The position numbers and the translations under genes are program-made. From Alphaproteobacteria bacterium (GTDB lineage: Bacteria > Pseudomonadota > Alphaproteobacteria > Rickettsiales > UBA998): a DNA stretch of 64,000 nucleotides. The notes below the pieces were generated by a model. That model worked only from the letters and a program-made list of their open reading frames with translations. It had not been told where the DNA came from and did not search any database. Positions 21,955-30,625 of the stretch are shown piece by piece (positions within the stretch are counted from its first letter, which is position 1; each line of letters begins with the position of its first letter). Where the stretch lies: the NCBI GenBank assembly GCA_043765375.1, contig JAYUJH010000035.1, positions 7,348 to 71,347 on the forward strand, given 5' to 3'.

Positions 21955-22109
21955 GATCTGAGATTAGGCTCTAAACTTATGCCCCGAACTAATTCCTTGA
22001 AATAATTTTCTAATATTATATCTTAAAATAATGACTCAAAACAATGGGTTGCAATGTTTTTGTTCGCATTTTCGCCTATATATTTCTATAAATATCCGCA
22101 TTTTTTATA

Positions 22110-22244
22110 TAGTGATTCCTATTTTTAATTGCCGATTTTATCGGTCATTAAAAATTAGGATAAATCACTATAAATATATGAGAGATAGTGCTTTCTAATT
22201 TTATTCACTTGAAAATAACAAGTAAATAAAATTAGAAAGTACTA
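22110..22244. mobile_element. 135-bp double-hairpin MITE-like element (copy 1), flanked by TA/TA
   Basis: It forms two consecutive imperfect palindromes. Its termini (tagtgattcc...gaaagtacta) and core (tttttaatt-N-gatttNatc-N-attaaaaa, gatagtgctt) are shared with the element at 44227-44360. Confidence 0.5.
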
Positions 22245-22309
22245 TATATTTGATTGCAAATTATCGCAAAATCATATTAATTATATTCAATTTATAAATT
22301 GGTTGAATT

Positions 22310-22519
22310 ATGTTATATTTGTCACGAAAAATCGGAGAATCTATTGTTGTTAATAATAACATAATAGTGACTGTAACAGAAATTAAAGGCAACATGGCGA
22401 AACTTGGATTTTCATTTCCATCTGAGGTTAGCATTTTGCGCAAGGAAATATACGATCGCATCAGTGCCGAAAACGCCTCCGCCATGAACTCAGATTTTGA
22501 TATGATGCTTGGAGATTGA
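22310..22519 (+). CDS. csrA: Carbon storage regulator CsrA
   Basis: 69 aa. MLYLSRKIGESIVV...VTVTEIKGNMAKLGFSFPSEVSILRKEIYDRI aligns by eye with E. coli CsrA. Confidence 0.88.
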   Translation: MLYLSRKIGESIVVNNNIIVTVTEIKGNMAKLGFSFPSEVSILRKEIYDRISAENASAMNSDFDMMLGD

Positions 22520-23017
22520 ATGAAATATTATAATCACTTGTCGTTAGTGTCATTCATAGTTATCATTGCCGACCAATTTTGCAAATATTGGTTGGTTAGC
22601 GAAATGATGGCAAATAACTTCATCGCCATAAAAATCACTAGTTTTTTTAATATAGTCATGGTGTGGAACAGGGGCGTTAGCTTTGGGCTGTTTTCGCAAA
22701 TTGATGCCCGCATACCACTTATTGCGCTATCGTTGATTGTGGCAATTAGCTTGACATTTTGGCACAGAAAATCAACCAATTGGAGAATATCTTGCGGCGT
22801 TGGCATGGTTGTTGGTGGTGCATTTGGTAATGTGATTGATAGGCTACATTATGGTGCAGTGGCAGATTTTTTTGATTTTCATGTTATGAATTATCATTGG
22901 CCATCATTTAATATTGCGGATATGTGCATTATGATGGGAGTTTGTTTGTTGATTTTTAGCGAAATCAAACAGGGTAGGGTGCATAAAATGGAGCAAAAAT
23001 CCACCAAGCAACCATAA
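22520..23017 (+). CDS. lspA: Lipoprotein signal peptidase (signal peptidase II)
   Basis: 165 aa. NRGVSFGL, GGAFGNVIDRLHYGAVADFFDFH and WPSFNIADMCI match LspA. Its start abuts the csrA stop. Confidence 0.9.
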   Translation: MKYYNHLSLVSFIVIIADQFCKYWLVSEMMANNFIAIKITSFFNIVMVWNRGVSFGLFSQIDARIPLIALSLIVAISLTFWHRKSTNWRISCGVGMVVGGAFGNVIDRLHYGAVADFFDFHVMNYHWPSFNIADMCIMMGVCLLIFSEIKQGRVHKMEQKSTKQP

Positions 23018-23054
23018 TTATATAATTTTGAAATTATAATTATGAATAAAAATC

Positions 23055-24905
23055 TCAGTTAATAATAATATTTTGAGGAAAACGTAAGAATATTCGGTTG
23101 GTTTCGCCCTTCCTGACATTAATTGAGAGATTTCCACCAAGCACAGTAACCAACATTCTCGCCATCAAAAAGTTCATGATAGAGCTTTTTATCGCAGGTT
23201 CATTTACATATTTATCATGGTTTTTAACATTCTCCAACGCCACCAATTTGTCTTTATAATTATGAATTGGTGATGAATATTTAACGTGAATGTTGAGTTC
23301 TTTGTGATTATGCTCGTTATATTCCATTTGCGCATTTAGCTCAATCGCACTGCCTTGGCTGATATTAGCGGACGCACCACACAAAATATAAATAATAATA
23401 TCGGTGAAAATATCCTCGTCACCAAGCAAAATTGGCAGATTATCATCAATTTTCAAACGCACTTCAATATGCGTAAATCGTTGAAACTCATGAAACTTGC
23501 GTATTGCACGGTGCATGATAAAGTTCAAATTAATGCTATTTTCACGCACTCTAAGTTTCGCATATTGTGCATTTGCGGTATAATTAATGTCACCAATTAT
23601 CAATTTTATCATCTCAATATGGTGCATCGCCTCCAGCGAACTTGCATGATTATTGGGATTATTCGCTATTATCTCCCCAATTGAGTGATTTAGCTGTTGC
23701 AGCGGTTGCTCCATCTCATGCGCTGTTTGCATCAAAAAGTTAATGCGAGCATTATCAAGCACCTCAGTTCCTTCTTTGATTTTGTTAAGATATTGATTTT
23801 TCACCTTTAATTCATTATTAGTGCGATTTTGCTCAATCAGATAATCGGATAATTTACGGATTTGATTGGCTAATTGCTCAATTTCCAGCGGCCCTCCCCG
23901 AGAGATTGGTTGATATCTCCCCCCCGCATTAATATTTGCAGTGATTTCGCACAATTTTTCTACAGGCTTGATAATCCTAGTTTTCACCAGCCATAATAAT
24001 GTCAGCAAGAAGCAAAATATAAGTAATATCTGAATCATACGAGCGCGCAGCAACTTGAAAATCTCATCTTGATGGGTAATATGATTGTGATTTATGTAAA
24101 TAATATAAGGATATTGCGAAGATTTGGCAAAATAAGCGAATGGAATTGATTGATTAAACAAATATGGCTCGGAAATAATCCCCTTTTTTTTCTTTTCAAC
24201 CTGTTGGCTCAGCAGCGTGATTTGGTTGCTATCCAAAATATTATATTTCTTCTCTAATTTCCTACTATCAGCAATGCTATTCATGGTTGTGGTAAAAATA
24301 TTGAAATCCATTTCAGGGATTTGCATCACTTTTTTCAGCTCTTTTGTAATGCTCGCAATATCAATTCCAATCATCAAAATGCCAATAAAATCACCTTTAT
24401 AATTGGTCACGCCGATGCTTAATGGCAATATCCATTTATTGGTAATTTTGCTATTATTTGGTCGCCCAATATGAACTTGCCATGGAGCTGCTAGCGATTT
24501 TTTGATATAATCAAGGTCGCTAAAATTGATTTTTTGATTTACAAACCCAGATATGCTGCTGATTATGACGTTTTGATTGGCGTTCAACCAATTTATTTCA
24601 TTGTTTCTGCCGTCATTGCTATCATTAAAAGATCCTAGCAAACGTGATATTTCATCATTATTTTTCAATTGCACAATTTGACGTGACAAAGATTCCATCA
24701 AATAAGATGCGTCTTTGATTTCCACAATCATGGAGCGATCAATGCGCAATGTTTCGCTTTTTATATCTGATATAATTTCATCAACGTAATTATCAAAAGT
24801 TCGGTAAGCAACCCAAACGGCAACGATTGACACAATAAAAATTAACACGAAAAATAATAGCAAAAAATCACGCGATACTGAAGATTTTTTAGGGGTTATA
24901 ATCAT
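23055..24905 (-). CDS. Sensor histidine kinase-like protein with a degenerate ATP-binding domain
   Basis: 616 aa with two TM segments flanking a large periplasmic region. The H-box-like motif is QTAHEMEQPL. I could not recognise the N, G1 or G2 boxes in the C-terminal domain. Confidence 0.6.
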   Translation of the reverse strand: MIITPKKSSVSRDFLLLFFVLIFIVSIVAVWVAYRTFDNYVDEIISDIKSETLRIDRSMIVEIKDASYLMESLSRQIVQLKNNDEISRLLGSFNDSNDGRNNEINWLNANQNVIISSISGFVNQKINFSDLDYIKKSLAAPWQVHIGRPNNSKITNKWILPLSIGVTNYKGDFIGILMIGIDIASITKELKKVMQIPEMDFNIFTTTMNSIADSRKLEKKYNILDSNQITLLSQQVEKKKKGIISEPYLFNQSIPFAYFAKSSQYPYIIYINHNHITHQDEIFKLLRARMIQILLIFCFLLTLLWLVKTRIIKPVEKLCEITANINAGGRYQPISRGGPLEIEQLANQIRKLSDYLIEQNRTNNELKVKNQYLNKIKEGTEVLDNARINFLMQTAHEMEQPLQQLNHSIGEIIANNPNNHASSLEAMHHIEMIKLIIGDINYTANAQYAKLRVRENSINLNFIMHRAIRKFHEFQRFTHIEVRLKIDDNLPILLGDEDIFTDIIIYILCGASANISQGSAIELNAQMEYNEHNHKELNIHVKYSSPIHNYKDKLVALENVKNHDKYVNEPAIKSSIMNFLMARMLVTVLGGNLSINVRKGETNRIFLRFPQNIIIN

Positions 24906-25066
24906 GTAATTAACATATTGATTGATGGTTAACTAATCTATAAAAACATTAAAAATTGGCGATATTTATGCGAAATAAAAATTAATTGTCTGATCTAAGT
25001 ATAATTATCCACATATTATAGCGTTTTTTAATCTCAATGTATGATAAAATTATAAAATGTTAATGG

Positions 25067-26164
25067 TCAATTCCTACCAAATATAAAATTAGGTTGATGG
25101 CGATGATTGGGATTTTTTGGTTCAGTTTTTTCAGTCGCTGCATCACTGGTAGGGGCATTATTATCCAACATATTATTCGCCAATTGTTGCGTGTTTTTTG
25201 CATTATAAACAAATTGTTCCGCACCAGAATATTGCGCAGAATTGCTGGATTGTCGCAGAGCGGTTGGCGTAATCGTGACGGTGGTGTTGTCAGTTGCGAC
25301 GGAATCACTAACTTTGATAACTTTCATTCCGTGCCTATTATTGGAGTTGTTATTTGCCTGCAAATTATTTCCCATGGTCACATCAATTCGCTTCGCATTG
25401 CTTGGCATTGCTTGTTGTGCGGGGTTGCGTGTGGTGACTTTGCCCCCATCATTAATGGAGAGGCTATATTCAGGTAGTCGCCTGATGAAACTTCGTTCGC
25501 TTACGATATTATGTGCTAAACGGCTAACTTTTACGCCATTAACAGTTTCAGATTTAGCGGCGACATAATCAGTATTTTCAAGTAAATCTCCACCTGCAAT
25601 TCCCCGCACATCACGCCAACGTTTCTGCACCATGGCGAAATATTGTGCGCCCTTTGCACTGCGAGAATGATAAGCCGCAATAGCTTTTGGCCAAGATTTT
25701 AATTCATCAAAATTGCTGCGTAAGAACTTTGCTGCGTAATCTATGTTGACGGCGGGGGTTAAAGCGTCTTGCACACTAGTGAAGGCGTGGGGGTGGTGCT
25801 TCAAATTAACCTGCATACAACCAACATCAATGCTTGATTGTCCACGTTGTTTTGCCCGATTTACCGCTGTGATTGCGTCGTGCATATTTCCGTGATAACT
25901 GCCTGCTCCTTCAATATTAAGCGTCCAAGGCCAAGGCAAAACTCGTTTCAACCCGTGATTATATCGCCCAGATTCAGTGTTAGCTATTGCTAATAATAAA
26001 TGTTTTGGAATGCCATACTTAGTTTCTGCCCGAGTAAAGTGTGCGGTGCAATGAGTTGATATTTGCGCCGCTTCACCATGAAGAATCTCACCTTTAGCTT
26101 GAGCCGCACCAGGGATTAATCCCACATTGAACATCAATGACAATGTAATTAATATTTTTTTCAT
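25067..26164 (-). CDS. Lytic transglycosylase (SLT domain) protein with signal peptide
   Basis: 365 aa. The signal peptide is MKKILITLSLMFNVGLIPGAAQA. LLLAIANTESGRYN holds the catalytic Glu-Ser SLT motif. The C-terminal region is Asn/Gln-rich. Confidence 0.75.
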   Translation of the reverse strand: MKKILITLSLMFNVGLIPGAAQAKGEILHGEAAQISTHCTAHFTRAETKYGIPKHLLLAIANTESGRYNHGLKRVLPWPWTLNIEGAGSYHGNMHDAITAVNRAKQRGQSSIDVGCMQVNLKHHPHAFTSVQDALTPAVNIDYAAKFLRSNFDELKSWPKAIAAYHSRSAKGAQYFAMVQKRWRDVRGIAGGDLLENTDYVAAKSETVNGVKVSRLAHNIVSERSFIRRLPEYSLSINDGGKVTTRNPAQQAMPSNAKRIDVTMGNNLQANNNSNNRHGMKVIKVSDSVATDNTTVTITPTALRQSSNSAQYSGAEQFVYNAKNTQQLANNMLDNNAPTSDAATEKTEPKNPNHRHQPNFIFGRN

Positions 26165-26267
26165 AATTGAGTTGTTCTGTTAAATTAATATAACACATAA
26201 CCATGTTACTAGTTAATGTAATATTAATCCAACAAATTAATTATCAATTAGTTGATTAATTAGTTGA

Positions 26268-26531
26268 TTAATTAATCGCTGCTGGGACGATAGACACATA
26301 TTGCCTGCCATTACCCTTGGTTGCGAATGCAACATTTCCTGCCTCAAGCGCAAATAATGTATGATCACGCCCCATTCCAACATTTAATCCTGCAAAAAAC
26401 TTTGTACCACGCTGACGCACCAAAATATTTCCTGGAATTACTAATTCACCACCGAACTTTTTCACACCGAGCCTGCGCCCTGCTGAGTCCCGACCGTTGC
26501 GTGAACTACCACCTGCTTTCTTATGAGCCAT
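26268..26531 (-). CDS. rpmA: 50S ribosomal protein L27
   Basis: 87 aa. [28 protein letters not shown] matches L27. Confidence 0.95.
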   Translation of the reverse strand: MAHKKAGGSSRNGRDSAGRRLGVKKFGGELVIPGNILVRQRGTKFFAGLNVGMGRDHTLFALEAGNVAFATKGNGRQYVSIVPAAIN

Positions 26532-26559
26532 TTTATCTCTCCAAATCTAATATTTTATG

Positions 26560-26859
26560 TTAAGCTGCGATTTTGTCAATCTGCAAAATTGTTTTATGAT
26601 GACGATGCCCGTTGAAACGGCGATAATTCTGACGGCGTTTCTTTTTGAATACCAACACTTTAGCATCACGTGTTTGTGCTATAATAGTTGCGGACACGCT
26701 TGCTCCTTCAACCAAAGGAGTTCCTATTTTTCCAGTGGCTGCAAGCACATGGTTGATGGTTATTACGTCACCAACTTCACCCGCCATGCGTTCAACGGCA
26801 AACTTCATGCCTTCTTTCACACTATATTGCTTTCCGCCAGTTTCTATAATTGCAAACAT
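26560..26859 (-). CDS. rplU: 50S ribosomal protein L21
   Basis: 99 aa. MFAIIETGGKQYSVKEG matches L21, and it lies upstream of rpmA. Confidence 0.93.
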   Translation of the reverse strand: MFAIIETGGKQYSVKEGMKFAVERMAGEVGDVITINHVLAATGKIGTPLVEGASVSATIIAQTRDAKVLVFKKKRRQNYRRFNGHRHHKTILQIDKIAA

Positions 26860-26987
26860 AATTTATATCCAAACATTATTAATTCAATCGTCTATATATA
26901 ATCAATGTCGTTTTAATGTCAAGCAATTTTTCACAGCATTCGCAATCAATATTTCCAGATTGTCACAAAATATTAACAATTAAGTAA

Positions 26988-27015
26988 TTGACTTTAACGG
27001 GGGGGGGGGTAAAAT
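26988..27015 (+). promoter_or_regulatory. Sigma70-like promoter TTGACT-N16-TAAAAT whose spacer contains a G11 homopolymer
   Basis: The -35 ttgact is at 26988-26993. The spacer ttaac+G11 is at 26994-27009. The -10 taaaat is at 27010-27015, about 80 nt upstream of the ATG at 27096. Confidence 0.55.
26999..27009. repeat. G11 homopolymeric tract
   Basis: Eleven consecutive G, counted directly in an AT-rich intergenic region. Confidence 0.95.
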
Positions 27016-27095
27016 AATTATTGGTAATAGATTGGTTTATGATTTGTTTTTAAGCAAATTATAAACCAGCAGATTTTTTATTCCTAGAGGGAAAA

Positions 27096-27398
27096 ATGCA
27101 AAATTGGAAATTGAAATTATCGGCAGCGGCAACGGCGGTATGTGCATTAGTAGCTTTAGCTATTAATGTAAGTGCTCCAAAAAAAATTACATTAATAGGA
27201 ACGCTCTCAACAAGAGTGACCAATGGAGGCACTCTTTTAGTAGTAAAAGATGCCAAAGGCGAACAGAAATTAATGGCGTTAGGAAATACTCCTGAATTAG
27301 TTGATACCATTCTTCCTAACAGATTGTCCATTATAGTAGGAGTAGAAAATAATGAAGGACTACCAATAGTTACTTCAATCAGTTGCAACCAATGGTAG
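27096..27398 (+). CDS. Small secreted hypothetical protein
   Basis: 100 aa with a signal-peptide-like N-terminus, KLKLSAAATAVCALVALAINVSA. The SD-like gaggga lies before the ATG, and a strong terminator follows. Confidence 0.55.
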   Translation: MQNWKLKLSAAATAVCALVALAINVSAPKKITLIGTLSTRVTNGGTLLVVKDAKGEQKLMALGNTPELVDTILPNRLSIIVGVENNEGLPIVTSISCNQW

Positions 27399-27425
27399 TA
27401 AGTTTTTGAATGATGATAATTTCTT

Positions 27426-27452
27426 AAAAGAGCCCGCAAGGCTCTTTTTTTT
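27426..27452 (+). terminator. Rho-independent terminator
   Basis: aaaagagcc-cgcaa-ggctcttttttttt: a GC-rich stem followed by a T-run. Confidence 0.75.
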
Positions 27453-27592
27453 GGGAGTATTATATTGGGATTATTCATAATAGTGAAAATAATATAATAT
27501 ACACCCCTCACGTTTCAGCTTTGCTTACATTAGTAAGCTCGCTTCAACCGCTCTCCCGCAAGGGGAGAGCATAAGCATATTACAACTTTTTC

Positions 27593-28357
27593 TCATAACA
27601 TTCGCACGGCAATTTGTTGCGCTTGCAAATGTGATTTAACCTGCGCTATCGTTAATTCACCGAAATGAAACACAGAAGCGGCAAGCAAACCCGTTGCACC
27701 AGCGTGATAACCATCTGCAAAATGTTCAAGCGCACCTACGCCGCCTGAGGCAATAATTGGAATATTCACCGCATTTGAGATTGCCCGCAACATTGGTGCG
27801 TCATAACCTGATTTAGTGCCGTCTTTATCCATGGAAGTGACTAACAACTCACCCGCCCCCAATTCCATCATCTTAACCGCCCAAGCAACTCCGTCAAGCC
27901 CCGTTGCATTGCGCCCGCCATGAGTGAATATCTCGTAACCGCTTGACATTGACGAAGATTTTTTCACATCAAGCGCAACCACCACACATTGTGAGCCGAA
28001 CTTTTGCGCCACTTGTGCGACTAATTCAGGGTTATGCACCGCCGCCGTGTTGATGCAAACCTTATCCGCCCCGCATACCAACAATTGCCGCACATCTTCC
28101 ACACTGCGCACTCCACCTCCCACTGCAAACGGAATTGAGCAACGGCTTGCGACTTTTTCCACCATTTCATATAAAGTATTGCGATTGTCACTTGAAGCGG
28201 TTATATCCAAAAAGCATAGTTCATCAGCCCCCGCATCATTATAAATCACGGCTTGTTCCACAGGGTCGCCCGCATCACGCAAATTGATGAAGTTCACCCC
28301 CTTAACCACTCGTCCATTATGCACATCAAGGCAGGGAATGATACGAACTTTAAGCAT
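27593..28357 (-). CDS. hisF: Imidazole glycerol phosphate synthase cyclase subunit HisF
   Basis: 254 aa. [23 protein letters not shown]...[11 protein letters not shown] matches HisF. Confidence 0.95.
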   Translation of the reverse strand: MLKVRIIPCLDVHNGRVVKGVNFINLRDAGDPVEQAVIYNDAGADELCFLDITASSDNRNTLYEMVEKVASRCSIPFAVGGGVRSVEDVRQLLVCGADKVCINTAAVHNPELVAQVAQKFGSQCVVVALDVKKSSSMSSGYEIFTHGGRNATGLDGVAWAVKMMELGAGELLVTSMDKDGTKSGYDAPMLRAISNAVNIPIIASGGVGALEHFADGYHAGATGLLAASVFHFGELTIAQVKSHLQAQQIAVRML

Positions 28358-28466
28358 TTTTCATGCCTTCGTTATGGGTTTTGTTCTCGTGAAATATGTG
28401 CCTAACAATGTTTTTCATATCATTGTTTTTTAGCAGTATTTTAGTGGTAGGTCTATAAAATAAATA

Positions 28467-29621
28467 TTATGCTGCTCTTCCACTTGACATTATCTTATTA
28501 ACTCCTTGTGATTGAGCGAATATCTGGTCATTGGCAGGTTGAAGTTGTGTTAGATTTCCAGATGATTGAGCAGTTCGTTCAGCTTCCTTATTCTGATGAT
28601 TATTATGTAGCACAATTCCACCAACAACGGCTAACGTTCCAAGCACTGCTGCACCAACTTTTACTGATGTCGGCAAATTGTTGACCTTGGTTCCTAAAGA
28701 TTTTGCGGTTTCCGCTGCTTTTTCCTTCCACCCTCCTTTTGCAACTGATTCGGTAACGGCTTCTGCAACTTCATCTCCGTTTTGTGATACAACTTTTGCA
28801 ACGTCATCTTTTATCTCGTTTGTGACTACTTGTTTGGTTGCTTCCCCCATTTTTTCCAAGCCTTCGGTTACAATTCCCTCAACAGGCGGAAGAGGATTTG
28901 AGACTTTTGGAACAGCAGATTGTGCAGCGTCTACTACGTTATTAACTGCTGCTGTTGCACCATTTGGCAAGTCTGAGGCTAAATCGGTTTTAACGTTAGA
29001 CCATTGCTCCGAATTTGCATTTCTAGGAGAAATACCAATCGCTTCTGCTCCTTCTGTTAATTTGGTCGCATTGGCTGTAAGATCTGTTGCTACTTCAGTT
29101 ATTATTGCTGGTGCGGCAGGGGGTTGGACGGAAGCAATATTGCCAGCAGCAACTTCTGTAATCTCACTAATAGCGGTTTGCGCAACTGCGTGGGGGGGGG
29201 GGGTGGTATTGCTAACAATATCAGTAGCAGCATTACTTATATTATCTACTGCACTGCTATTAGCAATAGTCTGCGGAAGTGCTTCGGATACAGTGCTGGC
29301 GGCTTGAGTTGCTTTCTTTTGCAAATCACTAACCACTTGACTTTGCTCGTGAAGAATATTTCTAACCGCGCTGCTAAAACCATTTTCTGTTTTTAACAGT
29401 GTTCCGCTATAATCTCCAACATCATTTATTTTTGTAAGGGCTTCTGAAATTTCTGGGCTTCCTTCAAACGCTTTTAACAATTCTGGATTTGTAAAAACTT
29501 CTTTGAACTGTTCGTTTTGCACACCAGAAAGCGTCTGTAATTTCTCATAATCGCTTATGTTTTGTCTTGAAGCAAGGCTTATTAATTTTTTAATAACTTC
29601 TTCAGCAGGTTCTATTTTCAT
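28467..29621 (-). CDS. Hypothetical Ala/Thr/Val-rich tail-anchored protein containing a C12 tract
   Basis: 384 aa with no signal peptide. A single TM lies near the C-terminus (VGAAVLGTLAVVGGIVL). I recognise no domain. It is inserted between hisF and hisA. Confidence 0.55.
   Translation of the reverse strand: MKIEPAEEVIKKLISLASRQNISDYEKLQTLSGVQNEQFKEVFTNPELLKAFEGSPEISEALTKINDVGDYSGTLLKTENGFSSAVRNILHEQSQVVSDLQKKATQAASTVSEALPQTIANSSAVDNISNAATDIVSNTTPPPHAVAQTAISEITEVAAGNIASVQPPAAPAIITEVATDLTANATKLTEGAEAIGISPRNANSEQWSNVKTDLASDLPNGATAAVNNVVDAAQSAVPKVSNPLPPVEGIVTEGLEKMGEATKQVVTNEIKDDVAKVVSQNGDEVAEAVTESVAKGGWKEKAAETAKSLGTKVNNLPTSVKVGAAVLGTLAVVGGIVLHNNHQNKEAERTAQSSGNLTQLQPANDQIFAQSQGVNKIMSSGRAA
29192..29203. 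repeat. G12 (C12 on the coding strand) homopolymeric tract inside the CDS
   Basis: Counted directly. It encodes TPPPH within ...SNTTPPPHAVAQ.... Confidence 0.95.
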
Positions 29622-29729
29622 ATTATGTTACCAATACATTGTTATTCAATAAATCCAAATTAACACACAAATATTACGATATAAAGAAGATGGCTTAACA
29701 AAACATGTATTTTTAATAGTTAATCATCA

Positions 29730-30449
29730 TTATTTCAGCGCATCGTCATATGATATTGCTCCTTCATAAAAAGCACGGCCAATGATTGCCCCGCTAATGC
29801 TTGATTCTGCTTGAATGTTACGCAAATCTTCTATTCCATTTACCCCACCTGAGATGATGACGGGGGTTGAAATGCGCTCTGCTAACATTTTGGTTTGTGC
29901 TATATTTGCGCCCTGCATTGCGCCGTCACGTTCAATATCAGTATATATCAATCCAGCAACTCCCGCATCTTCAAAATGCAAAGCAAGGTCGGTGGCGGTG
30001 ATGGTATCAAGGTTCACCCAGCCATCAACGGCAACCATTCCATTTTTCGCATCAATCCCAACCATAATTTGGTTGGGAAATTGCTTGCACGCTTGCTTGA
30101 CAAGTTCGGGGTTTTTGGCGGCGATGGTGCCGAGTATCACCCGTTTAATGCCACGATTTAACCAATATTCAATATTTTCTAATGTCCGTATGCCACCACC
30201 CAATTGGACTGGTATGGTTATATGTTGCAAAATTGCATCAATGCTTTGCGTGTTAAGTGATTTTCCTGCACATGCTCCGTCCAAATCCACCAAATGCAAC
30301 CATTTGAACCCCGCTTCCTCAAATTGCTTGGCTTGCGCTTGGGGTGAATTGGCGAATATGGTTGCTTGGTTCATATCGCCCTTGAACAAGCGCACGCATT
30401 TCCCATCTTTCAAGTCAATTGCGGGGTAAATAGTGAAGTTATTTTTCAT
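29730..30449 (-). CDS. hisA: 1-(5-phosphoribosyl)-5-[(5-phosphoribosylamino)methylideneamino]imidazole-4-carboxamide isomerase HisA
   Basis: MKNNFTIYPAIDLKDGKCVRL...GGGIRT matches HisA. I prefer the ATG at 30449 over the TTG at 30464. Confidence 0.92.
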   Translation of the reverse strand: MKNNFTIYPAIDLKDGKCVRLFKGDMNQATIFANSPQAQAKQFEEAGFKWLHLVDLDGACAGKSLNTQSIDAILQHITIPVQLGGGIRTLENIEYWLNRGIKRVILGTIAAKNPELVKQACKQFPNQIMVGIDAKNGMVAVDGWVNLDTITATDLALHFEDAGVAGLIYTDIERDGAMQGANIAQTKMLAERISTPVIISGGVNGIEDLRNIQAESSISGAIIGRAFYEGAISYDDALK

Positions 30450-30541
30450 GTAATCTTTTCTCAAATTAAGTTCTCATGACTTAATATATTACTGAGTGGA
30501 TAATTCCTACGTTAATTTAGCCGTTCTTACAAACTGTAACT

Positions 30542-30625
30542 TGGTGCCCTCGGCCGGACTTGAACCGGCACGACCGAAGTCAACGGATTTTAAGTCCGCA
30601 GCGTCTACCATTCCGCCACGAGGGC
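30542..30625 (-). tRNA. tRNA-Leu (anticodon UAA), CCA encoded
   Basis: The reverse complement is GCCCTCGTGGCGGAATGGTAGACGCTGCGGACTTAAAATCCGTTGACTTCGGTCGTGCCGGTTCAAGTCCGGCCGAGGGCACCA. The 7-bp acceptor stem pairs, the anticodon loop is CTTAAAA, the variable arm is long, and the T-loop is GGTTCAAGTCC. Confidence 0.92.

Noticed and set aside
25003-25011. Perfect DnaA box TTATCCACA in the intergenic region. A second match lies inside ileS at 56783-56791.
   Set aside because: These are isolated single boxes with no cluster, no adjacent AT-rich unwinding element pattern, and no dnaA/hemE/parAB context. That is insufficient to call an origin.
27059-27511. 150-aa minus-strand ORF overlapping the small secreted-protein gene.
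   Set aside because: The plus-strand reading has a promoter, an SD, a signal peptide and a strong plus-strand terminator. The minus-strand ORF has none of these and runs through the terminator hairpin.
28678-29307. 209-aa plus-strand ORF antisense to the 384-aa orphan gene.
   Set aside because: It is a shadow frame produced by the GCN/ACN-rich codon bias of the minus-strand gene. The minus-strand ORF is longer, ends in a credible TM anchor, and is co-oriented with hisA and hisF. I cannot fully exclude it without expression data.
29815-30429. 204-aa ORF antisense to hisA. Similar antisense ORFs lie at 49988-50623 (opposite pyk), 20360-20839 (opposite ahcY) and 14426-15343 (opposite the 490-aa gene).
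   Set aside because: Each lies inside a confidently identified or longer gene on the other strand, and none has a recognisable motif.
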